From the NCBI RefSeq assembly GCF_022045235.1, contig NW_027266330.1, positions 43,028,001 to 43,092,000 on the forward strand: DNA of 64,000 bases. Reading direction: 5' to 3'. The notes under the pieces are model-generated. The model saw only the letters and a list, made by a program, of their open reading frames with translations. It made no database searches and was not told the DNA's origin. How positions within the stretch are numbered: position 1 is the stretch's first letter; each line of letters begins with the position of its first letter. A program made the translations under genes and the position numbers. Source of the stretch: Haliotis cracherodii. Its lineage: Eukaryota. Below, in pieces: positions 59,014 to 64,000 of the stretch.

Positions 59014-62000
59014 GACAAAAAGTTCAAGTCGCTTTATGTATTTTCAGTGCCTTGTGATTTTTAATGGAATTCATTGTGTATCGGACATCTAAGACTGCAT
59101 CCATGCACCAAATTTGTTTTGTATACTGAGACTGATACTTTCTGGTTAGCTTGTGTAAAAGTCAAGTTGCTGAAGTATTTTCAGTGATGAGTATCAGACA
59201 TCTAATTCATCCACATACACAATATGATATTCTTCCCGAGGACGTATCCTTTCGAAGATGTAAAAGTCATGCACATGACAAAAAGTTCATGTCGGTGTAT
59301 GTATTTTCAGTGCCTTGTGATTTTTAATGGAATTCATCTGTGTCGGACATCTAAGACTGCATCCATGCACCAAATTTGTTTTGTATACTGAGACTGATAC
59401 TTTCTGGTTAGCTTGTAGAAAAAACAAGTCGCTTTATGTATTTCCAGTGCCTTTTGATTTTTAATGGAATTCATTGTGTGTCGGACATCTAAGACTGGGT
59501 CCATGCACCAAATTTGTTTTGTATACTGAGACTGATACTTTCTGGTTAGCTTGTAGAAAAAACAAGTCGCTTTATGTATTTCCAGTGCCTTTTGATTTTT
59601 AATGGAATTCATTGTGTGTCGGACATCTAAGACTACATCCATGCACCAAATTTGTTTTGTATACTGAGACTGATACTTTCTGGTTAGCTTGTGGAAAAGT
59701 CAGGTTGCTGAGACATCTAAGAATTCTTCCAAATACACAATATGATATTCTTCCCGAGGATGTAAAAGTCATGCACATGACAAAAAGTTCAAGTCGCTTT
59801 ATGCATTTTCAGTGCCTTGTGATTTTTAATGGAATTCATCTGTGTCGGACATCTAAGACTGCATCCATGCACAAAATTTGATTGTATACTAAGACTGATA
59901 CTTTGTGGTTAGCTTGTATAAAAGTCAAGTCGCTGATGTATTTTTAGTGATGAGTGTCAGACATCTAATTCATCCACATCCACAATATGATATTCTTCCC
60001 AAGGACGTATCCTTCCGAATGCACATGACAAAAAGTTCAAGTCGCTTTATGTATTTTCAGTGCCTTTTGATTTTTAATGGAATTCATTGTGTATCAGACA
60101 TCTAAGACTGCATTCATGCACCAAATTTGTTTTGTATACTGAGACTGATAATTTAAGGTTATTTTGTGGAAAAGTTGAAGTTGCTGATGTATTTTCAGTG
60201 ATGAGTGTCAGACATAAATATGATAGTCCTGAGGATTGCTTCTTTCCGAAGATGTTAAAGTAATGCACATGACAAAAAGTTCAAGACGCTTTATGTATTT
60301 TCAGTGCCTTGTGATTTTTAATGGAATTTATTGTGTATCGGACATCTAAGATGCATCCATGCACCAAACTTGTTTTGTATACTGAGACTGATACTTTCTG
60401 GTTAGCTTGTGGAAATGTCAAGTCGCTTTTATGTATTTTCAGTGCCTTGTGATTTTTAATGGAATTCATTGTGTGTGGGACATCTAAGACTGCATCCATG
60501 CACCAAATTTGATTGTATACTGAGACTGATACTTTGAGGTTAGCTTGTATAAAAGTCAAGTTGCTGATGTATTTTTAGTGATGAGTGTCAGACATCTAAT
60601 TCATCCACATGCACAATATGATATTCTTCCCAAGGACGTATCCTTTCGAATGCACATGACAAAAAGTTCAAGTCGCTTTATGTATTTTCAGTGCCTTTTG
60701 ATTTTTAATGGAATTCATCTGTGTTGGACATCTAAGACTGCATCCTTGCACCAAATTTGTTTTCTATACTGAGACTGATAATTTAAGGTTAGCTTGTGGA
60801 AATGTCAAGTCGCTTTATGTATTTTCAGTGCCTTGTGATTTTTAATGGAATTTATTGTGTATCGGACATCTAAGACTGCATCCGTGCACCAAACTTGTTT
60901 TGTATACTGAGACTGATACTTTCTGGTTAGTTTGTGGAAATGTCAAGTCGCTTTTATGTATTTTCAGTGCCTTTTGATTTTTAATGGAAATAATCTGTGT
61001 CGGACATCTAAGACCGCATCCATGCACCAAATTTGTTTTCTATACTAAGACTGATACTTTCTGGATAGCTTGTTGAAATTTCAAGTCGCTTTATGTATTT
61101 TCAGTGCCTTTTGATTTTTAATGGAATTCATTGTGTATCAGACATCTAAGACTGCATTCATGCACCAAATTTGTTTTGTATACTGAGACTGATAATTTAA
61201 GGTTAGTTTGTGGAAAAGTTGAAGTTGCTGATGTATTTTCAGTGATGAGTGTCAGACATAAATATGATAGTCCTGAGGATTGCTTCTTTCCGAAGATGTT
61301 AAAGTCATGCACATGACAAAAAGTTCAAGACGCTTTATGTATTTTCAGTGCCTTGTGATTTTTAATGGAATTTATTGTGTATCGGACATCTAAGACTGCA
61401 TCCATGCACCAAATTTGTTTTCTATACTAAGACTGATACTTTGTGGTTAGCTTGTTGAAAAGTCAAGTCGCTTTTATGTATTTTCAGTGCCTTGTGATTT
61501 TTAATGGAAATCATCTGTGTCGGACATCTAAGACTGCATCTATGCACCAAATTTGATTGTATACTGAGACTGATACTTTGAGGTTAGCTTGTATAAAAGT
61601 CAAGTTGCTGATGTATTTTTAGTGATGAGTGTCAGACATCTAATTCATCCACATGCACAATATGATATTCTTCCCAAGGACGTATCCTTTCGAATGCACA
61701 TGACAAAAAGTTCAAGTCGCTTTATGTATTTTCAGTGCCTTTTGATTTTTAATGGAATTCATCTGTGTTGGACATCTAAGACTGCATCCTTGCACCAAAT
61801 TTGTTTTCTATACTGAGACTGATAATTTAAGGTTAGCTTGTGGAAATGTCAAGTCGCTTTATGTATTTTCAGTGCCTTGTGATTTTTAATGGAATTTATT
61901 GTGTATCGGACATCTAAGACTGCATCCGTGCACCAAACTTGTTTTGTATACTGAGACTGATACTTTCTGGTTAGTTTGTGGAAATGTCAAGTCGCTTTTA

Positions 62001-63617
62001 TGTATTTTCAGTGCCTTTTCATTTTTAATGGAAATAATCTGTGTCGGACATCTAAGACCGCATCCATGCACCAAATTTGTTTTCTATACTAAGACTGATA
62101 CTTTCTGGATAGCTTGTTGAAAAGTCAAGTCGCTTTTATGTATTTTCAGTGCCTTGTGATTTTTAATGGAAATCATCTGTGTCGGACATCTAAGACTGCA
62201 TCTATGCACCAAATTTGATTGTATACTGAGACTGATACTTTCTGGTTAGCTTGTGGAAATGTCAAGTAGCTTTATTTATTTTCAGTGCCTTTTGATTTTT
62301 AATGGAATTCATCTGTGTATCAGACATCTAAGACTGCATCCATGCACCAAATTTGTTTTGTATACTAACACTGATACTTTCTGGTTAGCTTGTGGAAATG
62401 TCAAGTCGATTTTATGTATTTTCAGTGCCTTGTGATTTTTAATGGAATTTATTGTGTATCGGACATCTAAGACTGCACCCATGCACCAAATTTGTTTTCT
62501 ATACTAAGACTGATACTTTGTGGTTAGCTTGTGGAAATGTCAAGTCGATTTTATGTATTTTCAGTGCCTTGTGATTTTTAATGGAAATCATCTGTGTTGG
62601 ACATCTAAGACTGCATCCATGCACCAAATTTGATTGTATGCTGAGACTGATACTTTGTGGTTAGCTTGTGGAAAAGTCAAGTCGCTTTTATCTATTTTCA
62701 GTGCCTTGTGATTTTTAATGGAATTCATTGTGTCAGACATCTAAGACTGCATCCATGCACCAAATTTGATTGTATACTGAGACTGATACTTTCTGGTTAG
62801 CTTGTGTAAAAGTCAAGTTGCTAAAGTATTTTCAGTGATGAGTGTCAGACATCTAATTCATCCACATACACAATATGATATTCTTCCCGAGGACGTATCC
62901 TTTCGAAGATGTAAAAGTCATGCACATGACAAAAAGTTCATGTCGGTGTATGTATTTTCAGTGCCTTGTGATTTTTAATGGAATTCATCTGTGTCGGACA
63001 TCTAAGACTGCATCCATGCACCAAATTTGTTTTGTATACTGAGACTGATTCTTTCTGGTTAGCTTGTAGAAAAAACAAGTCGCTTTATGTATTTCCAGTG
63101 ACTTTTGATTTTTAATGGAATTCATTGTGTGTCTGACATCTAAGTCTGCGTCCATATACCAAATTTGTTTTGTATACTGAGACTGATACTTTCTGGTTAG
63201 CTTGTGGAAAGGTCAAGTCGCTTTATGTATTTTCAGTGCCTTTTGATTTTTAATGGAATTCATTGTGTTTCGGACATCTAAGACTGTGTCCATGCACCAA
63301 ATTTGTTTGGTATACTGAGACTGATACTTTCAGGTTAGCTTGTGGAAAAGTCAAGTTGTTGATGTATTTTCAGTGCCTTGTGATTTTTAATGGAATTCAT
63401 TGTGTGTCGGACATCTAAGACTGCATCCATGCACCAAATTTGTTTTGTATACTGAGACTCATACTTTCTGGTTAGCTTGTGGAAAAGTCAAGTCGCTTTA
63501 TGTATTTTCAGTGCCTTTTGATTTTTAATGGAATTCATTGTGTATCGGACATCTAAGACTGCATCCATGCACCAAATTTGTTTTGTATACTGAGACTGAT
63601 ACTTTCTGGTTAGCTTG
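59014..63617. repeat. Modular EcoRI satellite array (final, longer and more diverged block)
   Basis: Same monomers; contains a ~1044-bp higher-order duplication (same ORF at 60545 and 61589). Confidence 0.95.
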
Positions 63618-64000
63618 AGTAGTATAGGTAATGATGGTTCTGGCTCACTTCCACTGGAGCTGGATTCATATACCTATACTGCTACTACAGGTAGCATTTT
63701 TTATGTGTAAATGATTATGCGATTTAATGATAGTCATGAGATTAAACTAAATTGACCACCACCTGGAGTCTATTATATAAATTTTTATAGGTAATGGGGG
63801 TTCTGGCTCACTTCCACTGGAGGTGGATTCATATACCTATACTGCTACTACAGGTAGCATTTTTTATGCGTAAATGACTATGCGATTCAACGATAGTCAT
63901 GATTTGTATTAAACGAAACATCAATATTAATTAATAATGAATAAAATTTACTATAGCCCCCGAGGATATTGGAAAGGTATAGGAGCAATAAAAAAATTAG
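63618..64000 (+). mobile_element. Second Polinton/Maverick, left end
   Basis: Begins AGTAGTATAGGTA, the inverted match to the 3251-3377 TIR, interrupting a satellite monomer; followed by an integrase-like start. Confidence 0.85.
63937..64000 (+). CDS. Polinton retroviral-type integrase, N-terminus (runs off window)
   Basis: MNKIYYSPRGYWKGIGAIKKL matches the KIYY.P.G..G...L N-terminus of Polinton integrases; only 21 codons visible. Confidence 0.7.
   Translation, partial: MNKIYYSPRGYWKGIGAIKKL

Overview
Eukaryotic repeat-rich DNA, probably molluscan (the SINE resembles Nin-domain SINEs known from abalone), made almost entirely of mobile elements. It starts in the right end of a Polinton/Maverick (adintovirus-like) element: two frameshifted tandem penton-like genes, a 239-aa ORF, a 204-aa membrane-helix ORF, an 85-aa ORF and a TIR ending ...ACTACT at 3377. 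It ends at the left end of a second related Polinton (AGTAGT... at 63618, integrase start at 63937). Between them is a ~9.8-kb tandem macro-array: five near-identical minus-strand Ngaro-type tyrosine-recombinase retrotransposons (gag, RT-RNaseH, YR, SGNH hydrolase) alternate with six copies of [Polinton gene 3' part + right TIR + SINE + modular EcoRI satellite]. Every Ngaro copy has the same two junctions, to non-adjacent sites, and the same gag frameshift, so the array grew by DNA-level amplification. One unit carries a 4.9-kb TTAA-flanked insertion with possible decayed Crypton-like recombinase motifs. The most interesting predictions are an in-frame splice joining the first 50 Gag codons to the AUG-less SGNH hydrolase exon, and a chimeric Polinton membrane-protein ORF started by an ATG in the Ngaro terminal repeat. 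All family calls come from motif recognition by eye; no searches were run.
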